64,000 bases of DNA. Source: an uncultured bacterium. Lineage in GTDB: Bacteria > Krumholzibacteriota > Krumholzibacteriia > Krumholzibacteriales > Krumholzibacteriaceae. The DNA is taken from contig CAWBAN010000004.1 in the NCBI GenBank assembly GCA_963786935.1, positions 288,001-352,000 of the forward strand, written 5' to 3'. Position numbers and translations under genes: made by a program. Below are positions 1 through 9,995 of this stretch, one piece after another (position 1 is the stretch's first letter; each line of letters opens with the position of its first letter). The notes below the pieces were generated by a model. That model ran no database searches, was not told the origin of the DNA, and worked only from the letters and a program-made list of their open reading frames with translations.

Positions 1-2
1 TC

Positions 3-596
3 CCGTACTTCGAGACGGTTCTCGTGCCGCTCCTCGCCCGCGAGGGGAGCCTGAACGGCAATTTCGAGCTGAATCGTTTCTTCCTGCAGGAGATCGGGCG
101 CTACATCAGGAAGTTCAGCAGGAGCTTCAGCGCCGACGTCAATTTCGAGGACTTCAAGGGAATGCCGGTGCATCAGAAGCTGCTGACGCTCTCGCTCCGG
201 CGCTCCGAGCTCGGCGAAGACATCATCAACGACCGGGATTCGCTCGAGTTTCATATGCGCAACGTGGGCGTTTTCGAGAAGCTGCGGCAGGAGAGCCCGC
301 TCGCGGAGCGCTATATCAAGGAGTGGAAGTACCTTGCCCGCGGGCCCGGTTTCTGGGACCGCGTGGGGCAGTTTTTCGGCCTCGTCGGAAGCAAACTCAA
401 GGGCTCGTCGAGCTCCAACTACGTGAGCCTGTCGCTCCGGCAGCGTTATTCCGCGTATCTGTTCTACGGGCTGCTGATCGTCGTGTTCGTGTTTCTCGCC
501 GTGTTCATCCCGCTGCAATGGAACAAGTACACGGAGCGGAGACTCGAGCGGTTCAAGGCCCATGTCGAAGAGACCGAACGGGCCATGGGCTCATAG
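3..596 (+). CDS. Hypothetical protein with a single C-terminal transmembrane helix (5'-truncated by window edge)
   Basis: Frame open from position 3 with GC3-rich codons; hydrophobic segment YLFYGLLIVVFVFLAVFIPL near the C-terminus; 15 nt upstream of the GTPase gene. Confidence 0.8.
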   Translation, partial: PYFETVLVPLLAREGSLNGNFELNRFFLQEIGRYIRKFSRSFSADVNFEDFKGMPVHQKLLTLSLRRSELGEDIINDRDSLEFHMRNVGVFEKLRQESPLAERYIKEWKYLARGPGFWDRVGQFFGLVGSKLKGSSSSNYVSLSLRQRYSAYLFYGLLIVVFVFLAVFIPLQWNKYTERRLERFKAHVEETERAMGS

Positions 597-611
597 GGGG
601 ACGGGAGGGTC

Positions 612-2822
612 ATGAAGATAGCCAAGATATTCAAGCTCGGGCAGAAGGGCGCCAAGCGGGCCAAGAAGATGAAGGGAGGCGCCGCCCCGGCCGCCGCCTG
701 GCCGGAGGGGACGAGGGTCGGCGTCTTCGGGCACGAGAACTCGGGGAAGACGGTGTTCTTCACCGCGCTCTACACGCAGAGCAAGACCACCGCGAATTTC
801 CACGTGTCGGTGCGCGACAACGCGACGGCCAACGAGTTCTTCAGGAACGACATGGCCATCAAGGGGGTCGACGTCGACAGCGGCGGCACGGGAACGATCG
901 CGGCCAAATCCGTTCCGAAGCGGTTCCCCGACCGGACCGTGAAGGATCTCGTGGTCCAGTTCACGGCCATTCTCGACGGGAGCGTCAAGATCCCGGTGGT
1001 CACCTACGATTACAACGGCCGGGCCGCTTCGATCTCCGATCGCTCGGACGAGGCGGAGAAGATCCGGTCCTTCATGGCGGACGCCGACGGGCTGCTCTTC
1101 TTCTTCGATCCGAAGGTCCTCGGCGCGGATCCCGAGGTCCAGGCGCGGGTCTCGTCGTTCGTCAACGTGCTCGAGCTTATCGTGTCGCTCAAATCGCGTC
1201 TCCCCATCCCCGTGGGGCTCGTGATCACCAAGGCCGATTCGCTTCCCGGCTTCACCGGCGAGGACAAGACGATCCTGATCCGGTCGAAGGACGAGCAGGT
1301 GATCGCCGACGACTACGAGACGTTCCTCGAGAAGGTGCTCGGCTTCGACAGCCTCGCCGACGACCGGGAGTGGGCCGCGTCGGTTCGGACCATCCTCGTG
1401 AAGCTCAGGGAGTTCATCCGCGTCGTCGTGGGGCGGACGCTCGACTTCCAGATCTTCTTCGTGTCGAGCACGGGGAACAAGCCGGAGAAAATCGGCGCCG
1501 AGGTCGGCCGGTCGCTCTACGCGCCGCCCGACAAGGTCAATCCGTGCGGCGTCACGGAGCCGTTCTACTGGATGCTCAAGTCGATCGTCCGGAGCCGGCG
1601 CCTGACCGCGTTCCGGAGGGTCGCGGGATTCGTCGTCGCGATCGCGGCGATCTGGATCGCGCTGTACTCGCTCCCGTTCATGATTCACTTCGGCGGCCTC
1701 CTGCGGTCCCCGGCGCGGGTGGAGAGCAAGGCGCTGAAGGAGGCCGGCGGCAATCACCGGCTCCTGTCGCCGGCGCAGAACGACGACATCTTCAACGCGT
1801 ACCGGCGGTACGGCGGCGCCTGGCTCGTCAAGCGGATGTTCCCCGAGTACCAGGTGCAGGCCCAGCACATGAAGGATATCTACGGCGGCATCGGCACGCC
1901 GACGGCCGGCGGGAGGCTGGACGCCATTCTCATCCAGCTCGCGGGTGTGATCGCCGACGAGAAATCGCGCCCCGTCTGGGACCGCGGCGACAAGAAGGTG
2001 AAGCTCGACGACGCCACCAAGCGGCTGCTCGACGAGCTCAAGGAGATGCACTCCGGCGACGAGAACGAGCCGTCGTTCAAGCGCTCCGAGCGGGCGCTGT
2101 TCCTGTGGGGTCTTTTCGAGCAGCACCTGCAGAGCTCGCAGGATCCGGCGATCCTGAACTCGATCTGGGAGCAGGTCGCCGCGAACGCGAAGAATCCGGA
2201 TTACAACGACGCGGAAGCGCGGTACGGGGAGGCGCTCCAGCGGCTCGCCAACAAGGCGGCTTCGGAGGAAGCTCCTTCCCTGCAGGAAACCAATACGATC
2301 CTCGATGCGTACGCGGAGCTCAAGGGGCGGGTCAACGCGAAGGACGCCGATCCCGCCTTCGTTCTCGGCGAGGCGGCGGACGAGCTTCGGAATATCGCGT
2401 CCAAGCTGACGAGGGGCGTCCACGCCGAGCAGCTCTCCGCGATCTCGCAGTTCGTCGCCGCCGTGGAGGCGCTGAAGAAGGAACAGCAGTACGTCTGCAT
2501 CGTGAAGAACATCGCCGGGCTCGATCACGTTCACATCGAAGTGACGAAACCGGGCGGAAGCCCCTCCTGGTCGGAGCAGACGCAGTGCTTCAAGGGGGAC
2601 GAAGTCGATCTGCGGTGGAAGCCGGGGGACGAAATCTACATCGCGTACGACGAGGAAAAGCACACGTGCAAATGGGGAAATCAGCCGAGCGACATGCAGG
2701 TGTTCGACGACGAATACGCGCTGTACCAGCTCGACGGAAAGGTGAGCTTCTCCAATATCGGAAAGACGGTGACGCTGGGCTTCAAGGGCGGTCTGCGGGA
2801 GAAGCTGCCGAAGCTGAAATGA
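612..2822 (+). CDS. Membrane-anchored TRAFAC-clade GTPase-domain protein
   Basis: G1 GHENSGKT, G3 DYNG, G4 TKAD, G5-like VSS; TM helix VAGFVVAIAAIWIALYSLPFMI; then a helical region and a beta-rich C-terminus; SD GGGAGGG. Confidence 0.85.
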   Translation: MKIAKIFKLGQKGAKRAKKMKGGAAPAAAWPEGTRVGVFGHENSGKTVFFTALYTQSKTTANFHVSVRDNATANEFFRNDMAIKGVDVDSGGTGTIAAKSVPKRFPDRTVKDLVVQFTAILDGSVKIPVVTYDYNGRAASISDRSDEAEKIRSFMADADGLLFFFDPKVLGADPEVQARVSSFVNVLELIVSLKSRLPIPVGLVITKADSLPGFTGEDKTILIRSKDEQVIADDYETFLEKVLGFDSLADDREWAASVRTILVKLREFIRVVVGRTLDFQIFFVSSTGNKPEKIGAEVGRSLYAPPDKVNPCGVTEPFYWMLKSIVRSRRLTAFRRVAGFVVAIAAIWIALYSLPFMIHFGGLLRSPARVESKALKEAGGNHRLLSPAQNDDIFNAYRRYGGAWLVKRMFPEYQVQAQHMKDIYGGIGTPTAGGRLDAILIQLAGVIADEKSRPVWDRGDKKVKLDDATKRLLDELKEMHSGDENEPSFKRSERALFLWGLFEQHLQSSQDPAILNSIWEQVAANAKNPDYNDAEARYGEALQRLANKAASEEAPSLQETNTILDAYAELKGRVNAKDADPAFVLGEAADELRNIASKLTRGVHAEQLSAISQFVAAVEALKKEQQYVCIVKNIAGLDHVHIEVTKPGGSPSWSEQTQCFKGDEVDLRWKPGDEIYIAYDEEKHTCKWGNQPSDMQVFDDEYALYQLDGKVSFSNIGKTVTLGFKGGLREKLPKLK

Positions 2823-2851
2823 ACGAACGGATCGGAGAAAGGAACGATGGT

Positions 2852-3361
2852 ATGAAAAGAGCGACGCTGTCCGTGCTCGCCGTCCTCGTCCTGGCCGCGC
2901 TGCCCGCGATCGCCTTCGCGGCGAAGGTGGCCGTGCCCGAGGGCACGCCGGTCAAGGTCATGTTCGACGCCGGGAAGAAGATCTCCTCGGGCGAGCGCAA
3001 GGCGGGAGACACGCTGTCGATTCGTCTGGTTGAAGACGTCAAGATCGGCGGAAAGACGATCGTCGGGGCCGGCGCGAAGGGAATCGCGAGGGTCAAGGAA
3101 GTGACGCCCTCTACGAAGCCCGGGAAGCCGGGCACCATAGAAGTCTCGTTCATTTCGCTGACGGCGGGCGGCGAGTTCCGGTCGAAGGACGGAAGCGACA
3201 TCAAGCTCGCCGGAGCGGCGAAGGACGTAGGCGGCTCGCACAAGATCCTTTCCTGGCTCTTCATCTTCGGATTGTTCATCAAGGGGGGGCAGGGGGATAT
3301 CGATGCGGCGCGGATCTACCAGGCTACGGTCGGAGAAACGATCGTTCTCGAGAGCAGATAG
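2852..3361 (+). CDS. Secreted TrbI/VirB10-like beta-domain protein
   Basis: Signal peptide MKRATLSVLAVLVLAALPAIAFA; pattern VPEGTPVKV..ISS..KAGD..VGAGAKG..KPGKPGTIEV and hydrophobic hairpin LSWLFIFGLFIKG. The long 323..3361 ORF is a shadow extension of this gene. Confidence 0.7.
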   Translation: MKRATLSVLAVLVLAALPAIAFAAKVAVPEGTPVKVMFDAGKKISSGERKAGDTLSIRLVEDVKIGGKTIVGAGAKGIARVKEVTPSTKPGKPGTIEVSFISLTAGGEFRSKDGSDIKLAGAAKDVGGSHKILSWLFIFGLFIKGGQGDIDAARIYQATVGETIVLESR

Positions 3362-3409
3362 CCGGGAGCCGGAGCCCGGGAGGATTCGCCCGCGGCATCC
3401 GCGCCGGTA

Positions 3410-4951
3410 TCACCGGCAGCCGGTGAAGAGATAGTGGTAGGCCGCTCCCCAGGTCCACGCGATATCGTACAGCTCGACCTCGTCGAGGCCGCCCGCCAAA
3501 TACGCGTGGGCCAAGGCGTTATCCTTTCCCATGTACAGCGCGCCGATCGTGTTCGGGGCCGCCTCGCGGCCGTCCCCGGCGATCCACGATCCCGTCATCT
3601 GGTAGATGTAGCATCCGGCCCCGACGACCGTCACCGGTGATGAAGGCTCGCCGAAGCGGTACGAGAAGAGCACGTGGAACCAGCCCGTCGACCGGGCGTC
3701 CGGAATGTCGACTCGATACGTGTGATATTTCGAGCTTCCATATCTGAAGAGCAGCGACTTGAAGCCGTCGGTGCCCGAGGCGTCCTGGAGGAGCAGCTGG
3801 TAGTTGATGGCCCCGTTCGCGTTTCGCTTGCAGATCAGCGACGAGAGCGGATTCGGGGCGGTGGCGGCAGGCACATAGATCCACATCGACATCGTGATCT
3901 CGTTCGAAAGATCGAGGAGCGCGTCGTCGGGAACCTCGACGAAATCGCTGGTCCCGTTGAAGAGGCGCGCCTGGCCGGCGGGCCCGTAGGGCTCGTTCGT
4001 CGTTCCCGTCGCCGTGCCGTCGAGGCCGTTGCCCGACTGGTCGTAGATGGTCGCGAAGCTGGCGCCGGTGCTCATGTTCCAGTAGGCGACGGAGCGGGCC
4101 CAGGGATCGTAGAGCAGCACGACGGAATTCTCGGCGCGGATCCCCGCCGTGGGCAGGGCGGCGCCGACCTTGTTGGTCATCGAGAGCACCGCCGGGGTGA
4201 ACGTGGCGGTTTCGAACGGCGAGATTTCGTATATGTACGTCTGGTAAGACACGGTCGCGATCTCCACGTAGCCGTCCGCGTCGACGATCCGGTCGGTGAC
4301 GTTCCGGAGCGACACGTCGATGGACACGGTGTAGGACGCATCCACCGAGATCGCGGCTCCCGCCACCTTGGCGAGCTGGGGATCGATGACGACGTTGCCC
4401 ACGCTGACGTCGAGGTAGGTCCCGCCCACCAAGCGATGGCTCGCGAGGCTGACGCGAATGCCGGCGATATCGGGGAGCTTGTAGACGCGGATCTTCATCG
4501 CGAGAACGTCCCCCTGGAGCGTCTCGAGATACGCCGGCGAAACCTTGATCATCGGGACCTGCGGGATGAGCGCGATGTCGAGCGCGAGCTCCGTCCCTCC
4601 CGCGACGTCGGCCGTTGTTTCTCCGGAGAAGAGCAGCACATCCGCCCCGTCGAAGGCGTCGATATGGAACAGCCGGTCCGGACCGGCGGGCACGACGACG
4701 CTCGCGACGAGCGTGCCGCCCGAGAGCGCGAGGTCGGCGACGATCGGCGCGATGATGCCCGGCCCCGTCACGGTGAGCGTGAAGGAGGACGCCTGCGCGT
4801 TTCCCCAGGACGTTCCGGGGGCCGCGTGTATCCGCACATCGATGCTCAGCTCATCGGCCGAGGTTATCTTGTCCGAGCACGATGAGACGGTCAGGATCGC
4901 GCACAGGAGCGCGAGCGCCGCGAAGCCGCGAAAGGTACCGGATGCGAACAT
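3410..4951 (-). CDS. Lipoprotein with C-terminal LamG-like jellyroll domain
   Basis: Lipobox VSSC; VAYWNM..DQSGNGLDG..FNGTSDFVEVPD..ITMSMWI..GGLDEVELY pattern typical of LamG/ConA-like folds. Confidence 0.8.
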   Translation of the reverse strand: MFASGTFRGFAALALLCAILTVSSCSDKITSADELSIDVRIHAAPGTSWGNAQASSFTLTVTGPGIIAPIVADLALSGGTLVASVVVPAGPDRLFHIDAFDGADVLLFSGETTADVAGGTELALDIALIPQVPMIKVSPAYLETLQGDVLAMKIRVYKLPDIAGIRVSLASHRLVGGTYLDVSVGNVVIDPQLAKVAGAAISVDASYTVSIDVSLRNVTDRIVDADGYVEIATVSYQTYIYEISPFETATFTPAVLSMTNKVGAALPTAGIRAENSVVLLYDPWARSVAYWNMSTGASFATIYDQSGNGLDGTATGTTNEPYGPAGQARLFNGTSDFVEVPDDALLDLSNEITMSMWIYVPAATAPNPLSSLICKRNANGAINYQLLLQDASGTDGFKSLLFRYGSSKYHTYRVDIPDARSTGWFHVLFSYRFGEPSSPVTVVGAGCYIYQMTGSWIAGDGREAAPNTIGALYMGKDNALAHAYLAGGLDEVELYDIAWTWGAAYHYLFTGCR

Positions 4952-4963
4952 CGTTCACTCCCC

Positions 4964-6085
4964 TCAATACGAAACGCGCAATCCGCCCGACGCCTGGAGA
5001 CCGCCGATGCCGGTGTCCCCGCCGTCGGTCGAACCGGTATAGTACATAACACCGAGATCGAGGCCGAGATTCCGGGAAAGCGTTCTCCCGAGATCGACGC
5101 CGAGATTCAGCAGCGACGATCTCCCGAGCGCTTCCTCGCTCTCCATGATCTGCCGCGTGCCGATCAGAGCGCCGATCGTCCAGTCGCTCCCGAGCGGGCG
5201 CGCGACGCGCAGGAACACGTCGAACTCGTCGCCGTACTGCTTCAGCTCGCTCTCGATCGCGCCCGTCGCCGTGCTGTAGCGCTCGTTGCGGCCGCGCAGT
5301 ATCATCCGAAGCCCCAGCTCGGCGCCGTACGTCTTTCCGGTCAGCGCGGCCCCGAGCCGCGCGCTGAACTGCGGCGACTGCCGGTAGATGTCCGCGCCGT
5401 CGAGCGCGTCCGTTCCGAAGACGGCGAAGCCGAAATCGCCGGTGTACCTGATCCTGCCGGAGGACGCGGCGGCCGTGGCGTTCACCGAAAGCGCGTCGCC
5501 GGGATCGTATTCGCCGACGCCGTCGTACGGCTTGTAGGCGCCGAGGAAATCGTATACCGCGCTCAGGCCGCACGTGAAGGGCCCGAGCTCGGTTGCGCCC
5601 CCCGCCTGCAGGTTGAATCCGAAACCCGCCCCGTAGCTCCGGAGCGGCAGCGACAGGTAATCGCGCGAGAGATACTCGACGATGCGCCGCTCGCCGTCGG
5701 GATCGAGCTCTCGTTTCCCGGTCGGCAGGTTGAGCCCGGCGGAGAGCAGCACGCGGTCCTTCGCGAAGGAGCGCGCGAGCTGGAGCCGCAGGTCGCCGAG
5801 CCCCGACATGCTTTCGTCGACGCTCCCGGCCTCGAGCGCGTTGGAGGCGGTCAGGATCTGGTATCTGGCTTCGAAGTTGTCGCGGATGGGGACGAATCCC
5901 GAGATGCCGAGGCTCGTCTGCGCGAGATCTTCGTCCGGGCCGGACGCGGGATCGAGGGACCATGCGCCGTAGTTGAGCTTCACGGCGAACGAGCCCGGCT
6001 GATTGAAGACGATCTGGCCGTTCGCCGGAGCGGCGAGGAGCGACGCGAGGGCCAGTATCGTCGCGGCGATCGTCCTAATTCGCAT
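4964..6085 (-). CDS. Outer-membrane beta-barrel protein
   Basis: Signal peptide; GLGDLRL and GLNLPTG motifs; alternating beta strands; terminal LRVSY; overlaps the upstream gene by 11 nt. Confidence 0.75.
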   Translation of the reverse strand: MRIRTIAATILALASLLAAPANGQIVFNQPGSFAVKLNYGAWSLDPASGPDEDLAQTSLGISGFVPIRDNFEARYQILTASNALEAGSVDESMSGLGDLRLQLARSFAKDRVLLSAGLNLPTGKRELDPDGERRIVEYLSRDYLSLPLRSYGAGFGFNLQAGGATELGPFTCGLSAVYDFLGAYKPYDGVGEYDPGDALSVNATAAASSGRIRYTGDFGFAVFGTDALDGADIYRQSPQFSARLGAALTGKTYGAELGLRMILRGRNERYSTATGAIESELKQYGDEFDVFLRVARPLGSDWTIGALIGTRQIMESEEALGRSSLLNLGVDLGRTLSRNLGLDLGVMYYTGSTDGGDTGIGGLQASGGLRVSY

Positions 6086-7421
6086 CGAGGTGCCCCCTGA
6101 CGATGATGGTCCCGTAGCCGTTCCCGATGGGACCGCCCCCCGGCGGGGCCATCGGATACGAGCCGTAATACCAGTACAGATCCGTGTTCATGATGAAGCC
6201 GCCGTTCACGAGGTTCGCGGCCTGCGCCGCGTCCATGTCCGTTCCGGCGCCCTCGGGGCTGATCGACGAGGCGACTTCCCGCTCGAACGATTTGGCGCGT
6301 CCGGACGGCGCCCCCTTCAGCTCGCCGCGGTAGGAGGAGGTGAGCTCCATCTTGTCGGCGAGCCGCGAGGCCTCGACGAAGGCGGGATCGAGCGCGCCCG
6401 CCTTCCGGAACGAGCCCGCCGCGTCGTCGAACAGCCCGCGTTTCTCCTGCGAGAGCCCCTCGCTGAAGGCCATGAACGCGAGGAACGATTCGGTGGGAAC
6501 CTCCTCGATCGCGTCCCGCTCGGCCTTGTCGATCGCGATCCCGAGGGTGTCGAGGAGCGCGAACACGAACTTCTTCTCGACGTCGAAGAATCGGTCGAGG
6601 TTCCCCTCGTTCGACTGCGTGCCGCTCGCCGCGCCGTCGACCGTGTTGACGAGCCGCCCGTCGATCCTGAATCCCGATTCGCCGGCCCCGGTCACCGTGC
6701 CGAGGACGATGGTGCGGGTGCCGAGCAGCTTCCCCATGCGCGGGGCGATGCGGCGGTCGGCGTAGCTCGACTCGCCGAGCTTGAGCTCGTCGAGGATCAC
6801 GTTGATCTTGATCCGCTCGAGGACCCGGAGCTCCTTGACCTTGGAGAGATCGATGGCGACGAGCTCGGCGAGTCCGAGCGCTATCGGCTGATAGTCCGGC
6901 GGGAGGTAGGAGCCGTTGAAGTTGACGACTGCGATGCTGTTCTCCGGCGCCGACGCGACGGAGAGCGTGTCCTCGCCGCGCACCGCTTCGCGGGCGTTCG
7001 CGGCGAGCTGCGCGTCGATCAGCACGCCCAGCCGGTCCCGGATCAGCTTCCGCGTCCGGTCGTCCCCCTCCAAATTGGCCGCCGCGGCGTACACGCGTAT
7101 CGCCTTGTCGGTCTCGCCGGTCCTCTCGAATATGAGACCGAGGTAGAAATTCGAGAGCGCGTTGGGGCTGATCCTGTTGGACGCGGCGAATGCTTCCTCG
7201 GCTTTCCCGAGCGAATCGCTCCGGTACCACGCCATGCCGAGCTCCCGCCACGCCCGGTAGTCGTCCGGTTTCTCCTGCACGGCCCGGTACAGGCGGTCGC
7301 GCGCCTCCTCGTAGTTCCCCTGATCCGAAGCGGCCACGCCCTCCCGATAGTAGCTCCCCCCGCAGCCCGCGAGGAGCAGCAGGGGAACGAGAATCGCTGC
7401 CGCACTATATCTCCTCGACAT
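6075..7421 (-). CDS. TPR lipoprotein with CsgG/HfaB (TolB-N-like) domain
   Basis: Lipobox LLAGC; three N-terminal TPR-like repeats; SIAVVNF..LRVLER..ILDELKL..RMGKLLG..IVLGTV. Confidence 0.8.
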   Translation of the reverse strand: MSRRYSAAAILVPLLLLAGCGGSYYREGVAASDQGNYEEARDRLYRAVQEKPDDYRAWRELGMAWYRSDSLGKAEEAFAASNRISPNALSNFYLGLIFERTGETDKAIRVYAAAANLEGDDRTRKLIRDRLGVLIDAQLAANAREAVRGEDTLSVASAPENSIAVVNFNGSYLPPDYQPIALGLAELVAIDLSKVKELRVLERIKINVILDELKLGESSYADRRIAPRMGKLLGTRTIVLGTVTGAGESGFRIDGRLVNTVDGAASGTQSNEGNLDRFFDVEKKFVFALLDTLGIAIDKAERDAIEEVPTESFLAFMAFSEGLSQEKRGLFDDAAGSFRKAGALDPAFVEASRLADKMELTSSYRGELKGAPSGRAKSFEREVASSISPEGAGTDMDAAQAANLVNGGFIMNTDLYWYYGSYPMAPPGGGPIGNGYGTIIVRGHLDAN

Positions 7422-7448
7422 CGCACGCTCCTTGTCTTCGAGGCGCTC

Positions 7449-8498
7449 TCAGCTCACGAGCGGCTTGTAGATTTCCATTTTCTTCTTCGCTTCGGTGAAG
7501 GAGTTGTCCTTCTCGTACGCCTTCCGGAAATAGTCGTACGCCTTCTCGTACTCGTATTCGTCCATGTACTTGAGCCCGAGGGAATAGAGCCGCGCGGCGT
7601 CCATGTCCTCGGTCGCCGATTCCTCGATCGCCGCGCCCGCCTCTTTCGAAATCGTGAGGTTGAGCTTGCCGGCGACGTCCTTCACGAGCGCCTTCTCCAT
7701 CTCGACGAAGTTCGGTTTGCCCTCGCGGTCGGCCGTCGTCACGATCTCCGAGGTCTCGACGTCGACGACGCGGACGACCATCCGGGCGCTCTTGCCGTCG
7801 AGCTGCGTGATGCTGCCGAACACCATCAGCTGCGCGCCGAGCATCTTGCCCACCTTCACCGCCGTGGCGGGATCGATCTTCTTGTCCTCGGCCAGCTTGA
7901 TCTCCCGGAGCAGGTAGTCGAGCTTGTCCCGCTCGACGATCCTCACGCCGCCGAACGCGGAGAAATCGTATTCGAAGAAATCGGCGAGCCCCTTGCTGAG
8001 GTCGCCGAGGCTCTCCTTATATTCGCCCACGGAGAAGTTGTCGAACTCCATGACGGCGATCGTCCGCGCGGCCGGCGCGGCGTCGTTCCGGCAGACGAGC
8101 ATGTCCTTGCTCTTCGATATCTCGTACCACTTGTCCCGCAGCTCGCTCGGCCACAGCTCGCGCGGGAAGTTCATGAGACAGTGCCCGATGCTCGAGATCT
8201 CCTGCAGATAGCCGAAGGCCTCGCGTTTGTATTTCTGCCCCTTCGCGTACGTGATGACGCTCTTGACTTCGAGGATGGCGACGCTGTCGCCGGCGGCCAG
8301 ATCCTTCCGCGAGAGCAGCTCGTCGGTGATGGCGAGCCCCGCGTCGAACTCGCCGTCGAGGTAGACGTTGACGGCCTCCGCGAGCCGCTCGGTGAGCGTG
8401 CCCTCGGGCGCCGCCGCGGCGGGGGCCGCCGTCAGCGACCGCAGGGGCGCGAGGAGCAGCAGCGCGAGCATGGCGAAAAACAGAACGATTCGCTTCAT
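7449..8498 (-). CDS. Secreted CsgG/HfaB-family protein with TPR-like flanks
   Basis: Signal peptide; TIAVMEFDN..RIVERDKLDYLLREIKL..IDPATAVKVGKMLGAQLMVFGSI..RVVDVETSEI. Confidence 0.8.
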   Translation of the reverse strand: MKRIVLFFAMLALLLLAPLRSLTAAPAAAAPEGTLTERLAEAVNVYLDGEFDAGLAITDELLSRKDLAAGDSVAILEVKSVITYAKGQKYKREAFGYLQEISSIGHCLMNFPRELWPSELRDKWYEISKSKDMLVCRNDAAPAARTIAVMEFDNFSVGEYKESLGDLSKGLADFFEYDFSAFGGVRIVERDKLDYLLREIKLAEDKKIDPATAVKVGKMLGAQLMVFGSITQLDGKSARMVVRVVDVETSEIVTTADREGKPNFVEMEKALVKDVAGKLNLTISKEAGAAIEESATEDMDAARLYSLGLKYMDEYEYEKAYDYFRKAYEKDNSFTEAKKKMEIYKPLVS

Positions 8499-8546
8499 GG
8501 CACATTCCTCCCGCTGGTGAATGAGATCGCTCTTCGGAACTCTATC

Positions 8547-9995
8547 CTATTCCTCGAACGCGTGCGAAACGATCTGCGTCCCGCCGCTCTCGAGGGTGAC
8601 GGACGTCGAATAGGAGCGCTCCGTCCCGTCCACGACGGCGACGATCCGCACGTCGTACCGGCCGGGCGGCCGCTCGAAGGTGAACGGCGTCGTCTCGTAC
8701 TGCCGCTCGCCGTTGATGTAGATCGCCGCGTTTCGAGGCCGCGACAGCACCTTGAGGAATCCGGGCGCGACCGCCGGCGGTTTGGACGTACGCGCGCCCC
8801 CGGTTGTTCCTGCGCCGGCGGCGGTTCCGGCGCCGGCGCCGGTCTTTTGGTCGCCGGCCGCGGCCGGTTTCCGCTCCTCGGTCGTGCCGGCCGGGGCGCC
8901 GGTTTCCCCCGTGCGCTCCTGTCGCGTCGTCGAATCGGCGCGGGAGGGAAGGGCGCTCTCGATCGACCGCTGCGTGTCCGTGACGGCCGTCCGGCTCGTC
9001 CCGGCGCCGCCGAGCGCCGGATCGGTCCCTTCGCCTCCTCCTCCCGACATCATCCTGATCCCGGCGATCGCGGCCGCCGCCACGACGACGACCCCCACGA
9101 CGGCGCCGGCGATCTTTCCCCGCGCGCCGCGTTTCGCGGGGCGCCTGGCGGCCGGCGCCGCGGGCGCGTTCGCGGGGGGAACATGCGTTCCGGAGAGCCG
9201 CGAGAGCTCCGATTTCATATCGGCGACGGAGGCGTATCGCTTCGGCGGATCCTTGTCCATCGCCTTCAGGATGATCCGGTCGAGCTCGCCGGGGATATCC
9301 TCGTTGAAACGCGATGGAGGCTCGGGATTCTCGAGGAGCTTCATGTCCCGCAGGATGAACTCGTTCTCCCCCGTGAACGGCGCCCGCCCCGCGAGCATCT
9401 TGTACATCATGGTGCCCACGGCGTAGATGTCGCATTTGGCGTAATCGATCCCTTCGCCCCCCGCGAACTGCTCGGGCGCCATGTACTCGGGCGTGCCGGC
9501 GGCGGTGCCGACGATCGTCATCTGGGGATCGGTCTTTCCCTTGGCGATGCCGAAGTCGATGATCTTGAGCTGCCCGTCCCGGTCGAACATGACGTTCCCG
9601 GGCTTGATGTCGCGATGATAGATCCCCTTGTCGTGCGCGAAGGCGAGCGCGGCGAGGAGACCGTCGACGATAGCGAGGGTCTCGTTCACCGCGAATTTTC
9701 CCTTCTCGGCGATCATCTCCTCGAGCGATTTCCCGTCGATGTACTCCATCGCGATGACGAGCTCGTCCTCGTGATTGAAGAAATGCCGGATGTGGCAGAT
9801 GTTCGGATTCCGCTCGAGAAGGGCGAGCTTGTCGGCCTCCTGCATGAAGCGCGCGGCGTGCCGCGGGTCGGAGAGAATCTTGAGAACGACCTTCAGATTC
9901 GGGACGTCCTTGTGCACCGCGAGGTAGACCTTGGCCATGCCTCCGGCGCCGATCTGCTTGAGGACCCGGTAATTCCCAATCTCGCGCTCTGCCAT
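8547..9995 (-). CDS. Hanks-type Ser/Thr protein kinase with TM helix and C-terminal PEGA domain
   Basis: GAGGMAKV, VLK, HRDIKPGN, DFG, GTPEYMAPE, DIYAVG; TM helix; VLSRPRNAAIYING..TTP..PGRYDVRI; SD GGAG before ATG 9995. Confidence 0.92.
   Translation of the reverse strand: MAEREIGNYRVLKQIGAGGMAKVYLAVHKDVPNLKVVLKILSDPRHAARFMQEADKLALLERNPNICHIRHFFNHEDELVIAMEYIDGKSLEEMIAEKGKFAVNETLAIVDGLLAALAFAHDKGIYHRDIKPGNVMFDRDGQLKIIDFGIAKGKTDPQMTIVGTAAGTPEYMAPEQFAGGEGIDYAKCDIYAVGTMMYKMLAGRAPFTGENEFILRDMKLLENPEPPSRFNEDIPGELDRIILKAMDKDPPKRYASVADMKSELSRLSGTHVPPANAPAAPAARRPAKRGARGKIAGAVVGVVVVAAAAIAGIRMMSGGGGEGTDPALGGAGTSRTAVTDTQRSIESALPSRADSTTRQERTGETGAPAGTTEERKPAAAGDQKTGAGAGTAAGAGTTGGARTSKPPAVAPGFLKVLSRPRNAAIYINGERQYETTPFTFERPPGRYDVRIVAVVDGTERSYSTSVTLESGGTQIVSHAFEE

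Noticed and set aside
323..2851. 1012-aa ORF 323..3361
   Set aside because: Arg/Gly-rich off-frame shadow of the GTPase gene; only the part from 2852 looks like a real protein
6075..8498. Curli secretion system
   Set aside because: CsgG-like domains are present but no curlin-repeat subunits, CsgE or CsgF
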